Assembly: GCA_963748215.1 (NCBI GenBank)
Contig: CAVVHS010000007.1
Location: 433,693 to 497,692 of the forward strand
Origin: an uncultured Gammaproteobacteria bacterium
GTDB taxonomy: Bacteria > Pseudomonadota > Gammaproteobacteria > UBA9214
Reading direction: 5' to 3'
Length of the DNA: 64,000 nucleotides
The notes under the pieces were generated by a model, which was not told the origin of the DNA, made no database searches, and saw nothing but the letters and a program-made list of their open reading frames with translations. This document shows positions 40,746 through 53,345 of the stretch, one piece after another. The translations under genes and the position numbers were made by a program. Position 1 is the stretch's first letter; the number at the start of each line of letters is the position of its first letter.

Positions 40746-42422
40746 ATGAATGCTTCATCACCCAGCACCTCACTGAATCGCCTGCCGGTGATCGCCCGGC
40801 TGTGGCAGCATCACGCCGATATCGGTAGCCAGCACCTGCGTGCCATGTTCGCCGACGATCCGGGGCGCGCGCAGCGCTATACACTCGAATTCGGCGGCCT
40901 GTCGCTGGACTATTCGAAGAACCGTATCAACGACGAAACCCTGCAGCTGCTGTGCATGCTGGCCGGGGACGCCGGTCTGGACAGGGCTCGCGAGCAGATG
41001 TTTTCCGGCGCGCGCATCAATAACACCGAGGGCAGGGCGGTGCTGCACACGGCACTGCGCAACCGCAGCGAGCATGCGGTGTATGTCGACGGCGACGACG
41101 TCATGCCGGCGGTGCGCGCGGAACTCGACCACATGGCTGCATTCTGCCGGCAGGTGCGCAGCGGCGAGTGGCTGGGCCATACCGGCAAGCCCGTAACCGA
41201 TATCGTCAATATCGGCATCGGCGGTTCAGACCTCGGTCCGCGCATGGTGTGCGAGGCATTGCGTCCGCTCTGGCACGAACGTCTGAACATGCATTTCATT
41301 TCCAATATCGACGGCATGCACATCGAACAGTGCCTGGCCAGGCTGGACCCCGAGACCACGCTGTTCATTGTTGCGTCCAAGACCTTTACCACCCAGGAAA
41401 CACTCACCAACGCCACTGCTGCCCGTGACTGGTTCCTGACGGCGGCTGGCGACACGGCGCATATCGCGCGCCACTTCGTCGCGGTCTCCACCAATCGCGA
41501 GGCCGTCGAGGCCTTTGGCATCGATCCCGCCAACATGTTCGTCTTCTGGAACTGGGTCGGTGGCCGCTACTCGCTGTGGTCCGCCATCGGCCTGTCCATC
41601 ATGCTGGCCACAGGGCCGGGGGCATTCGACGAACTGCTGGCCGGCGCCCACGCCATGGACGAACATTTCCGTGCCGCGCCCTTTGCACAGAACATGCCGG
41701 TTATCCTCGCCCTGCTGGGTTTCTGGTACCGGCACTATTTCGGGGCATCCACGCAGGTGGTGCTGCCCTACGATCACCTGCTGCGGTTGCTGCCGCTGTA
41801 CCTGCAGCAGGCCGACATGGAAAGCAACGGCAAGTCGGTCGACCGCGAGGGCAAGCCCGTGGACTACCCGACCGGGCCGGTGCTCTGGGGGGAGAGCGGC
41901 ATCAACGGCCAGCACTCCTTCTACCAGCTGCTGCACCAGGGCACGCACCTGATCCCGGCGGACATCATCGCCAGCATGCATACGCAGGCACACAGCAAGC
42001 GGCAACATGACATCATGATCTCCAATGTCATCGCCCAGACCGAGGCGCTGATGATCGGCCGCGACAGCGCCGAGACCGCGCAGGTGCTGGCCGACAGCGG
42101 CGTCGACACGGCCACGGCCGGTCTGCGCCTGCCGCACATGGTGTTTCCGGGCAACCGGCCGAGCAACACGCTATTCATCGACCGCATCACGCCGCGCCGC
42201 CTGGGTGCGCTGATCGCGCTGTACGAGCACAAGATCTTCGTCCAGGGTGTGCTGTGGAATATCAACTCGTTTGACCAGTGGGGCGTGGAACTGGGCAAGC
42301 AGCTGGCGAAAAAGGTGCTCGAACAGCTGCATGCACCGGAAGCCGTCAGCGATCACGATGCGTCGACCAACCGGCTGATCAACCATTACCGGCAGCATGG
42401 CCAGCAGCACAGAGAGGACTGA
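40746..42422 (+). CDS. pgi: Glucose-6-phosphate isomerase
   Basis: [63 protein letters not shown]. Confidence 0.97.
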   Translation: MNASSPSTSLNRLPVIARLWQHHADIGSQHLRAMFADDPGRAQRYTLEFGGLSLDYSKNRINDETLQLLCMLAGDAGLDRAREQMFSGARINNTEGRAVLHTALRNRSEHAVYVDGDDVMPAVRAELDHMAAFCRQVRSGEWLGHTGKPVTDIVNIGIGGSDLGPRMVCEALRPLWHERLNMHFISNIDGMHIEQCLARLDPETTLFIVASKTFTTQETLTNATAARDWFLTAAGDTAHIARHFVAVSTNREAVEAFGIDPANMFVFWNWVGGRYSLWSAIGLSIMLATGPGAFDELLAGAHAMDEHFRAAPFAQNMPVILALLGFWYRHYFGASTQVVLPYDHLLRLLPLYLQQADMESNGKSVDREGKPVDYPTGPVLWGESGINGQHSFYQLLHQGTHLIPADIIASMHTQAHSKRQHDIMISNVIAQTEALMIGRDSAETAQVLADSGVDTATAGLRLPHMVFPGNRPSNTLFIDRITPRRLGALIALYEHKIFVQGVLWNINSFDQWGVELGKQLAKKVLEQLHAPEAVSDHDASTNRLINHYRQHGQQHRED

Positions 42423-42423
42423 G

Positions 42424-43743
42424 ATGGCAAACGTTACACCGGAAGAACAGGCCAGGAAATACAAGTATTACATCGAGCCCAAGCAGGTCAGCGACCTGAC
42501 CCGCGGTACGCTGGTGCTGATCCTGGCCGGGGGCGAAGGCTCGCGCCTGTACGATCTGACCCGCTGGCGTGCCAAGCCCGCGGTACCGTTCGGCGGCAAG
42601 TTCCGCATCATCGACTTCGCGCTGTCCAACTGCATCAATTCCGGCCTGCGGCGCATCGGCGTGCTTACCCAGTACCGCGCACATTCCCTGATTCGCCACC
42701 TGCAGCGCGCCTGGAGTTTCCTGCGCAACGAAATCGGCGAGTTCGTCGAGATCCTGCCGGCACAGCAGCGCACCTCCGAGAAACAGTGGTACAAGGGCAC
42801 GGCCGATGCGCTGTTCCAGAACATCGACATCATCCGCCGCCACCAGCCCGAGTACGTCATGGTGCTGGGCGGTGATCATATCTACACCATGGATTACTCG
42901 AAGATGCTGCTGCACCACGTCGAGCACAACGCCGACTGCACCGTGGGCTGCATCGAGGTGCCGCTCGACCAGGCCACCTCTTTCGGCGTCATGACTGTCG
43001 ATGAAAACCTGCGTGTCACCCGTTTCACCGAGAAACCGGAGCATCCCGAGAGTATGCCGGGCAAGGCGGATAACGCGCTGGTCTCCATGGGTATCTATGT
43101 TTTCTCCACCAGCGGGCTCTACGACATCCTGCGCAACGACGCCGGCAACCTGAGTTCCTCGCATGACTTCGGCCGGGATATCCTGCCGGCCCGCATCCAT
43201 GACCTGAACGTGGTCGCCTACCCGTTCCGCGACGAGGACGGCGAACCGGCCTACTGGCGCGACGTCGGCACCGTGGATTCCTACTGGTCGGCGAATATCG
43301 AGCTGTGCGACGTCGAACCCGAGCTGAATCTCTACGACCGCTACTGGCCGATCTGGACCTACCAGACCCAGCACCCGCCGGCCAAGTTCGTGTTCGACGA
43401 TGATACGCGGCGCGGCATTGCCATCGACTCGCTGATCTCGGGGGGCTGCATCATTTCCGGCGCGGAGGTCAGGCGTTCGGTGATCTTCTTTGCCACCACG
43501 ATCGGCAGCTACAGCGTGATACAGAACAGCGTCGTGCTGCCCAAGGTCACCATTGGTGATCACTGCCGCATTATCAACACCATCATCGACAAGGGCTGCG
43601 TGATACCCGATGGCACGGTGATCGGCGAGAACCTGGAAGAGGACGCGAAAAAATTTCACATCACGCCCACGGGTATACGCCTGGTCACCCCGGCCATGCT
43701 GGGACAGAACCTGTATGATATCGTCGATCTGCGTGCCGACTGA
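42424..43743 (+). CDS. glgC: Glucose-1-phosphate adenylyltransferase
   Basis: [60 protein letters not shown]. Confidence 0.97.
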   Translation: MANVTPEEQARKYKYYIEPKQVSDLTRGTLVLILAGGEGSRLYDLTRWRAKPAVPFGGKFRIIDFALSNCINSGLRRIGVLTQYRAHSLIRHLQRAWSFLRNEIGEFVEILPAQQRTSEKQWYKGTADALFQNIDIIRRHQPEYVMVLGGDHIYTMDYSKMLLHHVEHNADCTVGCIEVPLDQATSFGVMTVDENLRVTRFTEKPEHPESMPGKADNALVSMGIYVFSTSGLYDILRNDAGNLSSSHDFGRDILPARIHDLNVVAYPFRDEDGEPAYWRDVGTVDSYWSANIELCDVEPELNLYDRYWPIWTYQTQHPPAKFVFDDDTRRGIAIDSLISGGCIISGAEVRRSVIFFATTIGSYSVIQNSVVLPKVTIGDHCRIINTIIDKGCVIPDGTVIGENLEEDAKKFHITPTGIRLVTPAMLGQNLYDIVDLRAD

Positions 43744-43767
43744 CGCGGACTCCCGCGAGGAATATCG

Positions 43768-45474
43768 ATGAAATTCGCGCTCTGCTGGCATATGCACCAG
43801 CCCTATTACCGCGACGAGCTGCACGGTGAATACCACCTGCCGTGGGTGTATCTGCACGCCATGAAGGACTACTCCGACATGGCATGGCACCTGGAGCAAC
43901 ACCCGGGCATGCGCCTGGTGGTGAATTTTGCGCCGGTGCTGCTGGAACAGCTGCTCGACTACACCGCCCAGATCGGCAAATTCCTCGACAGCGGCAAGCC
44001 GATGAGTGATCCCCTGCTGAACCTGCTGGCGGGCGTGACACCGGTTCCGCCGGACAACAAGGCGCGCCACCGCATCATCCGGCATTGCCAGCGCTGCAAT
44101 GCGTCGACCATGATCGACCCCTGGCCCGCCTACAAGGCGCTCATCGAGTATCAGCGACGCCTGCTGGAACCCGAGACCACGCCAGCGAGGGAGCCGATGG
44201 CGCTGGGCTACCTGAACGAACAGTATTTCCATGACCTGTTGACCTGGTACCACCTGACCTGGCTGGGTCACGCCTACAAGCAGCAACATAAAGTTCGCGC
44301 ACTGCTGGACAAGGGCGCTGGCTATACCCAGGAAGACCGCCTCGGCCTGCTGGGCATGATTCACAAATGCATCGGCGACATCATTCCTCGCTACCGGAGT
44401 CTGGCCGGGCGTGGGCAGATCGAGCTGTCCATGACGCCGTGGGGCCACCCGATTGTGCCGCTGCTGAATGATTTCGCGAATGCCAACTGCGCCGTACCGG
44501 AGTCCCCGCGGCCGAGCGCCATCAGCTATCCCGGCGGACGGAGCCGCAGCCGCTGGCACCTGCGGCAGGGCATCGAGCTGTTCGAGCGCTGCTTCGGCCG
44601 ACGGCCGCAGGGTGTGTGGTTGTCCGAGGGCAGTATCAGCAAGGACGCCATGGAGCTGCTGGATGAATTCGACATGCAGTGGACGGCCTCCGGAGAAAAT
44701 GTCTGGCGCAACAGCGCGCGCCTGTCCAAGCTGCCGGAGCAGGATATCACCAGCAAGCACGGACTGTTCCGGTCGCACCGTGCGGCCGGCGGCAAGTGCA
44801 GGATATTTTTCCGTGACGACGGGCTGTCCGACCTGATCGGATTCGAGTACCGCAACTGGGATGCCGGGGATGCCGTCGCCAACTTCGTCAATCACATCCG
44901 CAACATCAGCAAGTTCCTCGGCGCAGAGGCCAGGGATAGCTGTATCAGTGTCATCATGGATGGCGAAAACGCCTGGGAGTACTACCCCGACAACGGCGTG
45001 CACTTCATCGACCGGCTGTACCGGGCCCTGATCGAGGAACCCGGTGTCGAACTGGTCACCTTCTCCGAAGCCGCCACGCTGCCGGCCGCCGAGATGCCGG
45101 AAATCTGCCCGGGCAGCTGGGTGTTCGGGTCCTTTTCCACCTGGATCGGCGACGTCGAGAAGAACCGCGCCTGGGACCTGCTGGTCGAGGCCAAGCGCGA
45201 CTACGACCGCTTCATGGACATGACCACGCTGGACGAGCAGCAGCGCACCCGCATCACGCGCCAGCTTGGGATCTGCGAGGGTTCCGACTGGTTCTGGTGG
45301 TTCGGTGACTACAACCCGAGCGAGTCGGTACAGGATTTCGATAAGCTGTACCGCAGCCAGTTGCGCATGCTGTACCAGCTGATGGACGTGCCCGCACCGC
45401 CGTCGCTGGAAATTCCCATCTCGCATGGCATGAGCCAGGTGCGTGGCGGTTCCGGTACCATGCGTCGTAACTAG
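43768..45474 (+). CDS. Glycoside hydrolase family 57 protein
   Basis: WHMHQPYY, PWVYLHA, HPIVPLL, WLSEG, MDGENAWEYY, EGSDWFWW. Confidence 0.92.
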   Translation: MKFALCWHMHQPYYRDELHGEYHLPWVYLHAMKDYSDMAWHLEQHPGMRLVVNFAPVLLEQLLDYTAQIGKFLDSGKPMSDPLLNLLAGVTPVPPDNKARHRIIRHCQRCNASTMIDPWPAYKALIEYQRRLLEPETTPAREPMALGYLNEQYFHDLLTWYHLTWLGHAYKQQHKVRALLDKGAGYTQEDRLGLLGMIHKCIGDIIPRYRSLAGRGQIELSMTPWGHPIVPLLNDFANANCAVPESPRPSAISYPGGRSRSRWHLRQGIELFERCFGRRPQGVWLSEGSISKDAMELLDEFDMQWTASGENVWRNSARLSKLPEQDITSKHGLFRSHRAAGGKCRIFFRDDGLSDLIGFEYRNWDAGDAVANFVNHIRNISKFLGAEARDSCISVIMDGENAWEYYPDNGVHFIDRLYRALIEEPGVELVTFSEAATLPAAEMPEICPGSWVFGSFSTWIGDVEKNRAWDLLVEAKRDYDRFMDMTTLDEQQRTRITRQLGICEGSDWFWWFGDYNPSESVQDFDKLYRSQLRMLYQLMDVPAPPSLEIPISHGMSQVRGGSGTMRRN

Positions 45475-45591
45475 CCCTAGGCCGAGGCCGGCGGGCTCCG
45501 TGACGGCGTACCGGGGTGCCGGCTCGCTGTCTGCCTGGCACCTTGCCTTCTTCCAGCCCCGTTGACACGGTAAACAACGAGCAGCCATGCC

Positions 45592-46953
45592 ATGACCAGC
45601 AATCCCTTGTTACGCAGACGCAGCGGCATCCTGTTGCACCCCACCAGCCTGCCGTCGCGGCGGCTCGATGACGACGCGCAGCGCTGGCTGGATTTTCTCG
45701 CCGCCGCCGGGCAGGGGGTCTGGCAGGTGTTGCCGCTTGGCATGCCGTGCCGCGGCTATTCACCCTACCAGTGCCTGTCGGCGTTCGCCGCCAACCCGGC
45801 GCTGCTGCCGCTGGACTCCGATCTCCAGCCGCGCCCGGATGACACGGGTTACCGGCAATGGCAGCAGCAGCAGGCGTTCTGGCTGGAGGATTTCGCCGAC
45901 TTCCTGTTGCTCAAGCAGATGCACGACGGCAAGCCCTGGTACGAATGGCCGGACGTCTACCGCCATCGCCGGCCCGGCGTTCTGGAGACGCTGCGGCGCA
46001 AGCACGCCCACCGGCTCGAGCTGATCCGCTGGCAGCAATTCCAGATATTCCGCACCTGGAATGCGATCCGGGCTGCGGCCACCGAGCGCGACATCCAGCT
46101 GTTCGGCGACATGCCGATTTTCGTCGCGCATGACAGCGCCGATGTGTGGGCCGCACCGGAACGCTTTCTGCTCGACGAGGAGGGGCAGCTGACCTCGGTG
46201 ACCGGTGTGCCGCCGGACTATTTTTCGGCCACCGGCCAGCGCTGGGGCAACCCGCACTACAACTGGCAGGTGCTCGCTGACGAGGGCTTCGTCTGGTGGC
46301 TGAAACGCCTGCAGACCCATTTCCAGTGGTTTGACCTGCTGCGCATCGACCATTTCCGCGGTCTCGAGGCGGTGTGGATGATCGAGCACGACTGCCCGAC
46401 CGCCGAGCAGGGCGAATGGGTCAAGACGCCGGGCGACGCGCTGTTGTTGAAGCTGCAGCAACAGATGGGTAATCTTCCGCTGGTCGCCGAGGATCTCGGA
46501 ATTATCACCCCGGCCGTGACCGAGCTGCGCAAGCGTTTCAACCTGCCCGGCATGGCCGTGCTGCAATTTGCTTTCGATGCCTTTGAAGACAATCCGCACA
46601 AGCCCCGCAATATCATGCCGGATACCGTGGTCTATACCGGTACACACGATAACGACACGACCCTGGGCTGGTTCCGTTCGATGCAGCCCCACGAGCAGCA
46701 GCACGTGCTGGAGAGCCTCGGCATCAGCGACCCGGCCGGTGTGGTCGAGGCCATGATGAATGCCGCCATGCAAAGCCGGGCGCAGTTGTGCATCCTGCCG
46801 CTGCAGGACGTGCTCGGGCTGGACTCGAACGCGCGCATGAATTTGCCGGGCAATGACGGGGATCACTGGCGCTGGCGCTTCGACTGGTCGCAGATTACAC
46901 CCGATACCGCCGTACGCCTGAAGGAGATGAGCAGTCATGCGAAGCGTAGCTGA
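45592..46953 (+). CDS. malQ: 4-alpha-glucanotransferase (GH77)
   Basis: [61 protein letters not shown]. Confidence 0.95.
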   Translation: MTSNPLLRRRSGILLHPTSLPSRRLDDDAQRWLDFLAAAGQGVWQVLPLGMPCRGYSPYQCLSAFAANPALLPLDSDLQPRPDDTGYRQWQQQQAFWLEDFADFLLLKQMHDGKPWYEWPDVYRHRRPGVLETLRRKHAHRLELIRWQQFQIFRTWNAIRAAATERDIQLFGDMPIFVAHDSADVWAAPERFLLDEEGQLTSVTGVPPDYFSATGQRWGNPHYNWQVLADEGFVWWLKRLQTHFQWFDLLRIDHFRGLEAVWMIEHDCPTAEQGEWVKTPGDALLLKLQQQMGNLPLVAEDLGIITPAVTELRKRFNLPGMAVLQFAFDAFEDNPHKPRNIMPDTVVYTGTHDNDTTLGWFRSMQPHEQQHVLESLGISDPAGVVEAMMNAAMQSRAQLCILPLQDVLGLDSNARMNLPGNDGDHWRWRFDWSQITPDTAVRLKEMSSHAKRS

Positions 46954-49135
46954 TAAAGAGACCCCGGTCCTGAGTGTGTCCCGACAGCGCGTGCAGGACG
47001 GCGCCGCACACGATCCGTTCGAGGTGCTGGGCCTGCACGTGCGGGCGGACGGCAGCCGTGAGATCACGGTGTTCCTGCCGCCGGCGGAGGCGGTGCAGCT
47101 GGACGGGGTGGGCGCGATGCAGCGCCTGCCGGCCAGCGATTTCTTCGTGCTGTCGCTGGACGCCGCGGTCGTTCTGCCGCTGCACTACAGTCTTACCTGG
47201 ACCGAGAAACTGACCGGCCACGTGCATCGACAGGTGTCGCCGTACAGCTTCGTGCCGCAGATCAGCGATTTCGACCTGCACCTGTTCCAGGAAGGCCGCC
47301 ACCAGCACGCCTGGCAATTTCTCGGCGCGCGGCTGGCCTGCATCGATGACGTGGCAGGCGTGCAGTTCGCCGTGTGGGCGCCGGGCGTGACGCGCGTCAG
47401 CGTGGTGGGCGACTTCAATGGCTGGGACGGACGCCGGCACCCGATGCGCTGCCGCGGCTCGTCGGGTATCTGGGAACTGTTTATCCCGGGACTGCAGGCC
47501 GACGACACCTACAAGTACGAGGTGATGGCGCGGAACGGCCAGGCGTTTGCCAAGACCGACCCCTATGCGCGCCGCATGGCGCTGCGGCCGGACACCACCT
47601 CGATCGTGCCGCAGGACAGTACCTGGTCGTGGGCTGACGGGGAGTGGCTGGCCGCGCGTGCGCAGTTCGACTGGCAGCACCAGCCGGTGAGCATCTACGA
47701 GTTGCATGCCGGTTCCTGGCGCAAGGCTCCGGACGGCGGCTTTCTCAACTGGCGCGAGCTGGCCGAACAGCTGATCCCGTGGGTGACCGGTCTGGGCTAT
47801 ACCCACATCGAGCTGATGCCGGTCAGCGAACACCCGCTGGACCAGTCCTGGGGCTACCAGGTGACCGGCTACTTCGCGCCGACCGCGCGCCACGGCAGCC
47901 CGGACGACCTGCGCTACTTCATCGACCAGTGTCATCTGCACGGCATCGGCGTCCTTCTCGACTGGGTGCCTGCGCATTTTCCGCGCGACTTCTACGCCCT
48001 GGCGCGCTTCACCGGTGAACCGACCTACGAACATGCCGATCCGCGCCGCGGCGAGCACCAGGACTGGGGCACGCTGGTGTTCGACTACGGGCGCCGCGAG
48101 GTACACAACTTCCTGCTCACCAACGCGGTGTACTGGATCGAGGAGTTTCATATCGACGGCCTGCGCGTGGACGCCGTGGCCTCGATGCTGTACCTGGATT
48201 ATTCCCGCAAGGCGGGCGAGTGGTCACCCAACCAGTACGGCGGCCGGGAAAACATCGAGGCCATCGAGTTCCTGCGCGAGATGAACCGCGTGGTGCATGG
48301 CCTGTTCCCGGGCGTGCTGACCATCGCCGAGGAATCCACGTCCTGGCCGATGGTGTCGCGTCCCGTCGAAATCGGCGGCCTCGGCTTCAGCCTGAAATGG
48401 AACATGGGCTGGATGAACGACTGCCTGTCCTATATCGAGGAGGACCCGGTCCACCGCAAGTATCATCACGAAAAGCTGACCTTCAGCCAGCTCTATGCCT
48501 GGACCGAGAATTTCGTGCTGCCGCTGTCACACGACGAGGTGGTGCACGGCAAGCGCAGCATGCTCAGCAAGATGCCCGGCGATCACTGGCAGAAGCTGGC
48601 CAACCTGCGCCTGTTCTACGCCTGGCAGTATGCCCACCCGGGCAAGAAGCTGCTGTTCATGGGCGGCGAGTTCGGGCAGTGGCTGGAGTGGGACGAGGGC
48701 CACACCATCGACTGGCCGCTGATGGAGGTCGACGGCCACCGCGGTGTCCACCAGCTGCTGTGCGATCTCAACCGCCTGTACCGCGAACAGCCCGCGCTGC
48801 ACCGCTACGACCACGACCCGGCCGGTTTCCGCTGGATCGACTGCCACGACAGCGACCAGTCCGTGCTCAGCCTGCTGCGCATGTCCGATGAGCCGGAAGA
48901 GAGCATCATCTGCGTGCTGAACTTCACGCCCGTGCCACGCGAGGGCTATCGCATCGGCGTACCGGAGGCGGGTTACTACCAGGAAATCCTCAATAGCGAC
49001 TCGGAATACTATGGCGGCAGCAACCTCGGCAACGGGACGTTGTCCGTGGAGCCCGTGCCGTGGATGGATTTCGCGCAGTCCGTCTGTCTCGCACTGCCGC
49101 CGCTGGGGGCGATTTTCCTGCAAGGGCGGCGATGA
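46937..49135 (+). CDS. glgB: 1,4-alpha-glucan branching enzyme
   Basis: [47 protein letters not shown]. Confidence 0.97.
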   Translation: MRSVADKETPVLSVSRQRVQDGAAHDPFEVLGLHVRADGSREITVFLPPAEAVQLDGVGAMQRLPASDFFVLSLDAAVVLPLHYSLTWTEKLTGHVHRQVSPYSFVPQISDFDLHLFQEGRHQHAWQFLGARLACIDDVAGVQFAVWAPGVTRVSVVGDFNGWDGRRHPMRCRGSSGIWELFIPGLQADDTYKYEVMARNGQAFAKTDPYARRMALRPDTTSIVPQDSTWSWADGEWLAARAQFDWQHQPVSIYELHAGSWRKAPDGGFLNWRELAEQLIPWVTGLGYTHIELMPVSEHPLDQSWGYQVTGYFAPTARHGSPDDLRYFIDQCHLHGIGVLLDWVPAHFPRDFYALARFTGEPTYEHADPRRGEHQDWGTLVFDYGRREVHNFLLTNAVYWIEEFHIDGLRVDAVASMLYLDYSRKAGEWSPNQYGGRENIEAIEFLREMNRVVHGLFPGVLTIAEESTSWPMVSRPVEIGGLGFSLKWNMGWMNDCLSYIEEDPVHRKYHHEKLTFSQLYAWTENFVLPLSHDEVVHGKRSMLSKMPGDHWQKLANLRLFYAWQYAHPGKKLLFMGGEFGQWLEWDEGHTIDWPLMEVDGHRGVHQLLCDLNRLYREQPALHRYDHDPAGFRWIDCHDSDQSVLSLLRMSDEPEESIICVLNFTPVPREGYRIGVPEAGYYQEILNSDSEYYGGSNLGNGTLSVEPVPWMDFAQSVCLALPPLGAIFLQGRR

Positions 49136-50598
49136 AGGTACTGCACGTCATCAGTGAGCTGTTTCCGCTGGTCAAGACCGGTGGACTCGGCGATTTCGGC
49201 TACAGCCTGCCGCACGCGCTGAAGGACCTGGGCGTCGATGTGCGGCTGCTGCTGCCGGCCTACGGCGACGTGCTGCGCACGCTGAAAAAACCGCGCGTGG
49301 TCGCCACCCTGGATATCCCGGTGGCCGGCACGGTGCGCACGTTTCGCGTGCTGGAGGTGCGACCGAAGGGCTTCCGGGTGCCGGTCTGGCTGGCCGACTG
49401 CCCGGCGCTGTTCGACCGCCCCGGCAATCCCTATCTCGACGAACACGGCGCCGACTGGCCGGACAATGCCGAGCGCTACGCCTGTTTCGCACAGCTGGCG
49501 GCTCAGATCGCGACCGGGGTCTTGCCGGACGGCTGGCGCGCGGACGTGGTGCATACCCATGACTGGCAGACCGGCCTGGTGCCGGCCTTCCTGCGCGAGC
49601 AGGCACAGCCGCCACGTTCCATCTTCACCATCCACAACCTGGCCTTTGGCGGACATTTCCCGCGCGCGGAATTCCTGCGTCTGCAGCTGCCGGAGGCCTG
49701 GTGGCACCTGGAAGGCGTGGAATTCTACGGCGGGTTTTCCATGCTCAAGGCCGGTCTGGTGTACGCGGACGCCATCACCACGGTGAGCAGGACCTACGCC
49801 AGGGAGATCCTCACCCCGGCGTTCGGGCACGGCATGGATGGCATATTGCGGCATTATTCCGGCAAGCTGCGCGGCATACTCAACGGCATGGATCACGTCA
49901 TCTGGAACACGGCGACCGACCCGCTGCTGGTCATGACCTACGGAATCGACGATCGGGAGGCAGGGCGTGCGGCGAACCGCGCGGCGCTATTCGAGGCACT
50001 GGACTGGCAGCCTGCCGCGGCGCTCGGTGATCAACCCCTGTTCGGGTCGGTGGGCCGCCTGACGGAGCAAAAGGGCAGCGACCTGCTGGCCGAGGCCGCC
50101 GGGCGCCTGCTGGCGCAGCTCAAGGCGAGTTTCGTGATCATCGGCGACGGCCAGCAGGCCTATATAGACCGCCTGCGGCAGCTGCAGGCGCGCTTTCCGG
50201 ACCGGGTGCGGCTGTTCATCGGCTATTCGGAACGCATCGCGCACCTGGTCGAGGCGGCGGCCGATTTCTTTGTCATGCCCTCGCGCTACGAGCCGTGCGG
50301 GCTGAACCAGCTGTACAGCCTGTGCTACGGTACACCCCCGGTGGTGCACCATACCGGCGGCCTGGCGGACACCGTGGTCGATGCCACGGAGGAAAACCTG
50401 CTGAACGGGACGGCAACCGGCGTGGTTTTTTACCGGCCCGACAGCGAGGCGCTGCATGCGGCGCTGTTGCGCGCGGTGGCGCTGTTCCATCACCCGAAGT
50501 ACTGGCCGGGCGTGCAAAAGGCCGCCATGCGCCAGGATTTCAGCTGGCACGAAAGCGCCCAGCAATACCTTGCCCTGTACCATGAACCCGGAATCTGA
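49132..50598 (+). CDS. glgA: Glycogen synthase
   Basis: [43 protein letters not shown] overlap with the glgB stop. Confidence 0.96.
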   Translation: MKVLHVISELFPLVKTGGLGDFGYSLPHALKDLGVDVRLLLPAYGDVLRTLKKPRVVATLDIPVAGTVRTFRVLEVRPKGFRVPVWLADCPALFDRPGNPYLDEHGADWPDNAERYACFAQLAAQIATGVLPDGWRADVVHTHDWQTGLVPAFLREQAQPPRSIFTIHNLAFGGHFPRAEFLRLQLPEAWWHLEGVEFYGGFSMLKAGLVYADAITTVSRTYAREILTPAFGHGMDGILRHYSGKLRGILNGMDHVIWNTATDPLLVMTYGIDDREAGRAANRAALFEALDWQPAAALGDQPLFGSVGRLTEQKGSDLLAEAAGRLLAQLKASFVIIGDGQQAYIDRLRQLQARFPDRVRLFIGYSERIAHLVEAAADFFVMPSRYEPCGLNQLYSLCYGTPPVVHHTGGLADTVVDATEENLLNGTATGVVFYRPDSEALHAALLRAVALFHHPKYWPGVQKAAMRQDFSWHESAQQYLALYHEPGI

Positions 50599-50604
50599 CA
50601 GCGA

Positions 50605-53157
50605 GTGACCATGAACGAAAGCAACCCCGCCCACAAGGAACTTCACCTGCAGCCCGTTATGGAGCCGCTACCGCTCGATGCCGACGCCATTCGCAGGGAT
50701 TTCGATTTTTACCTGACGCATCACCGCGGCCACTTCCTCGGCTGTACCGAGGTCGATGTCTACCAGGCGCTCGCGGTGACCATTCGTGACCGGCTCATGT
50801 CCGACTGGCGCAATACCTGGCGTGCCTTTACCCGGCCCGGTACGCGCCGCGCCTGCTACCTGTCGCTGGAATTCCTGATGGGCCGCGCGCTGGGCAACCA
50901 CCTGCTCAACCTGAAACTGCGCGATGCGGCCAGCGGCGCGATGCAACAGCATGCATTGGCCCTCGAGGAGATCGAGAGCGAGGAAGTGGACGCCGGACTC
51001 GGCAACGGCGGCCTGGGAAGACTGGCCGCCTGCTTCATGGACAGCTGCGCCAGTCTGCAGCTGCCGGTGATCGGTTACGGCATCCGCTACCAGTACGGCA
51101 TGTTTCACCAGCACATCAAGGACGGCTACCAGGTCGAGGATCCCGATCACTGGCTGCGTGACGGTTTCCCCTGGGAGATCGAACGGCCCGAGTTCACCCA
51201 GGTGGTGCGTTTTGGCGGTCGTGTGGAGCATTACCGCGACACACAGGACCGTCCGCGCATGCGCCTGGTCGACACCGACGACGTGCTGGCCATACCCTAC
51301 GACGTGCCGATCTCCGGCTTTGCCAACGACACCGTGAACACGCTGCGCCTGTGGAGCTCCGCGGCCACCGACGAGTTCAACCTGCACGAATTCAACGCCG
51401 GCAGTTATACCGAGGCGGTCGCCGCCAAGAACAGCGCCGATCACATCAGCATGGTGCTGTATCCGAACGACAGTTCCGAGAACGGCAAGGAACTGCGCCT
51501 GCGCCAGCAGTATTTCCTGGCCTCGGCCAGCATCCAGGACATGCTGGCGATCTGGGAGAGTAGCGAGGGCGAGGACTGGGAACGTTTCACCGAGCTGAAC
51601 GTGTTCCAGATGAATGATACCCACCCGACCATCGCCGTGGCGGAACTGATGCGCATCCTGCTGGACGAGAAAGGGCTGGAATGGGACAAGGCCTGGGATA
51701 TCACCCGCCATTGCATGGCCTACACCAACCATACCCTGTTGCCGGAGGCACTGGAGAAGTGGCCGGTGTGGCTGTTCGACAGGCTGTTGCCGCGTCTGCT
51801 GGAAATCATCTACGAAATCAACGCGCACTTCCTGGAAGAAGTCGCGATGCGCTGGCCCGGGGATGCCGGCATCCTGCACCGGCTGTCGATTATCGAGGAA
51901 GGTCATGTCAAGCAGGTGCGCATGGCGCACCTGGCCATCGTCGGCAGCTTCTCGGTCAACGGCGTGGCCGAACTGCACTCGCAACTGCTGCAGGAAAAAC
52001 TGTTCCGCGACTTCCACCGCATCTGGCCCGGCAAGTTCAACAACAAGACCAATGGCGTCACGCCACGGCGCTGGATCGCGCACGCCAATCCGGGCCTGAC
52101 CGGGCTGTTGAGCGAGACTATCGGCGACGGCTGGCTGCATGACCTGGACGAGATCGGCCTGCTGGAACGCCATGCCGAGCAGGCGGACAGCGCCTTGTTC
52201 AAACGCTGGGAGGACGTCAAGCTGGAGAACAAGCGCCGCCTGGCGGCGGTGGTGCTGGACAAGGCCGGCGTGCAGTTCGATACCGCGTCGATGTTTTCCG
52301 TGCAGGTCAAGCGCATCCATGAATACAAGCGCCAGCTGCTCAACGTGCTGCATGTGATCCATCTTTACCGGCGCATCCGCGACGGCGACACGGACGGGAT
52401 GGTCAACCGCTGCGTGCTGATCGGCGGCAAGGCGGCGCCAGGCTACTGGATGGCCAAGCAGATCATCAAGCTGGTCAACAGCGTGGCGGCTATCGTCAAT
52501 AACGACCCGCTGGTGGGTGACCGGCTCAAGCTGGCCTTCATTCCCAACTACCGGGTATCGCTGATGGAGGTGATCGCTCCGGCCGCCGACCTGTCCGAGC
52601 AGATATCCACGGCCGGCAAGGAGGCGTCGGGCACCGGCAACATGAAATTCATGATGAACGGCGCGCTCACCATCGGCACCTACGATGGCGCGAATATCGA
52701 GATCCTGGATGCCGTCGGCGAGGACAATTTCTTCCTCTTCGGGCTGCATGCGGAAGAGGTCGCCGCGCTGCGCAACAACTACGACCCGCGCTCCGTCGTC
52801 GATGCGGATCCGGATCTCGACAAGGTCATGCAGTTGCTGGCCTCGGGTTACTTCAATCTGCAGGAACCCGGCATCTTCGACGGTGTCATCCAGGCATTGC
52901 TGTCGCCGGACGATCCCTGGGTCACGCTGGCGGATTTCCGTGCCTACGTCGACGCCCAGGAACGGGCCGCCGCGGCGTGGCAGGACCGGCACCACTGGAC
53001 GCAGATGAGTATCCGCAACGTGGCCTCCAGCGGTTTCTTCTCGACCGACCGGACCATCAGCGACTACAACCGCGACATCTGGAAGCTCGACCCGCTGCAC
53101 CTGGACGCTCTGCAGCCGGCCGGACCGGCAGATGTGCAATCCGGCCGCCGGGGGTAG
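50605..53157 (+). CDS. glgP: Glycogen/starch phosphorylase (classical type)
   Basis: YLSLEFLMGR, GLGNGGLGRLAAC, MNDTHP, KRIHEYKRQ, EASGTGNMKF. Confidence 0.97.
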   Translation: MTMNESNPAHKELHLQPVMEPLPLDADAIRRDFDFYLTHHRGHFLGCTEVDVYQALAVTIRDRLMSDWRNTWRAFTRPGTRRACYLSLEFLMGRALGNHLLNLKLRDAASGAMQQHALALEEIESEEVDAGLGNGGLGRLAACFMDSCASLQLPVIGYGIRYQYGMFHQHIKDGYQVEDPDHWLRDGFPWEIERPEFTQVVRFGGRVEHYRDTQDRPRMRLVDTDDVLAIPYDVPISGFANDTVNTLRLWSSAATDEFNLHEFNAGSYTEAVAAKNSADHISMVLYPNDSSENGKELRLRQQYFLASASIQDMLAIWESSEGEDWERFTELNVFQMNDTHPTIAVAELMRILLDEKGLEWDKAWDITRHCMAYTNHTLLPEALEKWPVWLFDRLLPRLLEIIYEINAHFLEEVAMRWPGDAGILHRLSIIEEGHVKQVRMAHLAIVGSFSVNGVAELHSQLLQEKLFRDFHRIWPGKFNNKTNGVTPRRWIAHANPGLTGLLSETIGDGWLHDLDEIGLLERHAEQADSALFKRWEDVKLENKRRLAAVVLDKAGVQFDTASMFSVQVKRIHEYKRQLLNVLHVIHLYRRIRDGDTDGMVNRCVLIGGKAAPGYWMAKQIIKLVNSVAAIVNNDPLVGDRLKLAFIPNYRVSLMEVIAPAADLSEQISTAGKEASGTGNMKFMMNGALTIGTYDGANIEILDAVGEDNFFLFGLHAEEVAALRNNYDPRSVVDADPDLDKVMQLLASGYFNLQEPGIFDGVIQALLSPDDPWVTLADFRAYVDAQERAAAAWQDRHHWTQMSIRNVASSGFFSTDRTISDYNRDIWKLDPLHLDALQPAGPADVQSGRRG

Positions 53158-53345
53158 GGCGCGTCCCGGGCGCTGCCGCACTGCCCCTGAACCCGTGCCG
53201 GCGGCAACAGCAAGGCGCGGTTGTTGCAGCCGGTGTCGGACTGGCGTTGCCCGGTTGCCAGGCTTCTGCAACGGTATCCGTCTCACGGGTTGCAGCCCGA
53301 TGCCGACCGTCATTCGGTCCGCTATCGACATCGGCCAGGCGCGAC

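Noticed and set aside
42379-45588. 1069-aa minus-strand ORF
   Set aside because: Antisense shadow of glgC and GH57, which lie in one frame register. No recognisable domain.
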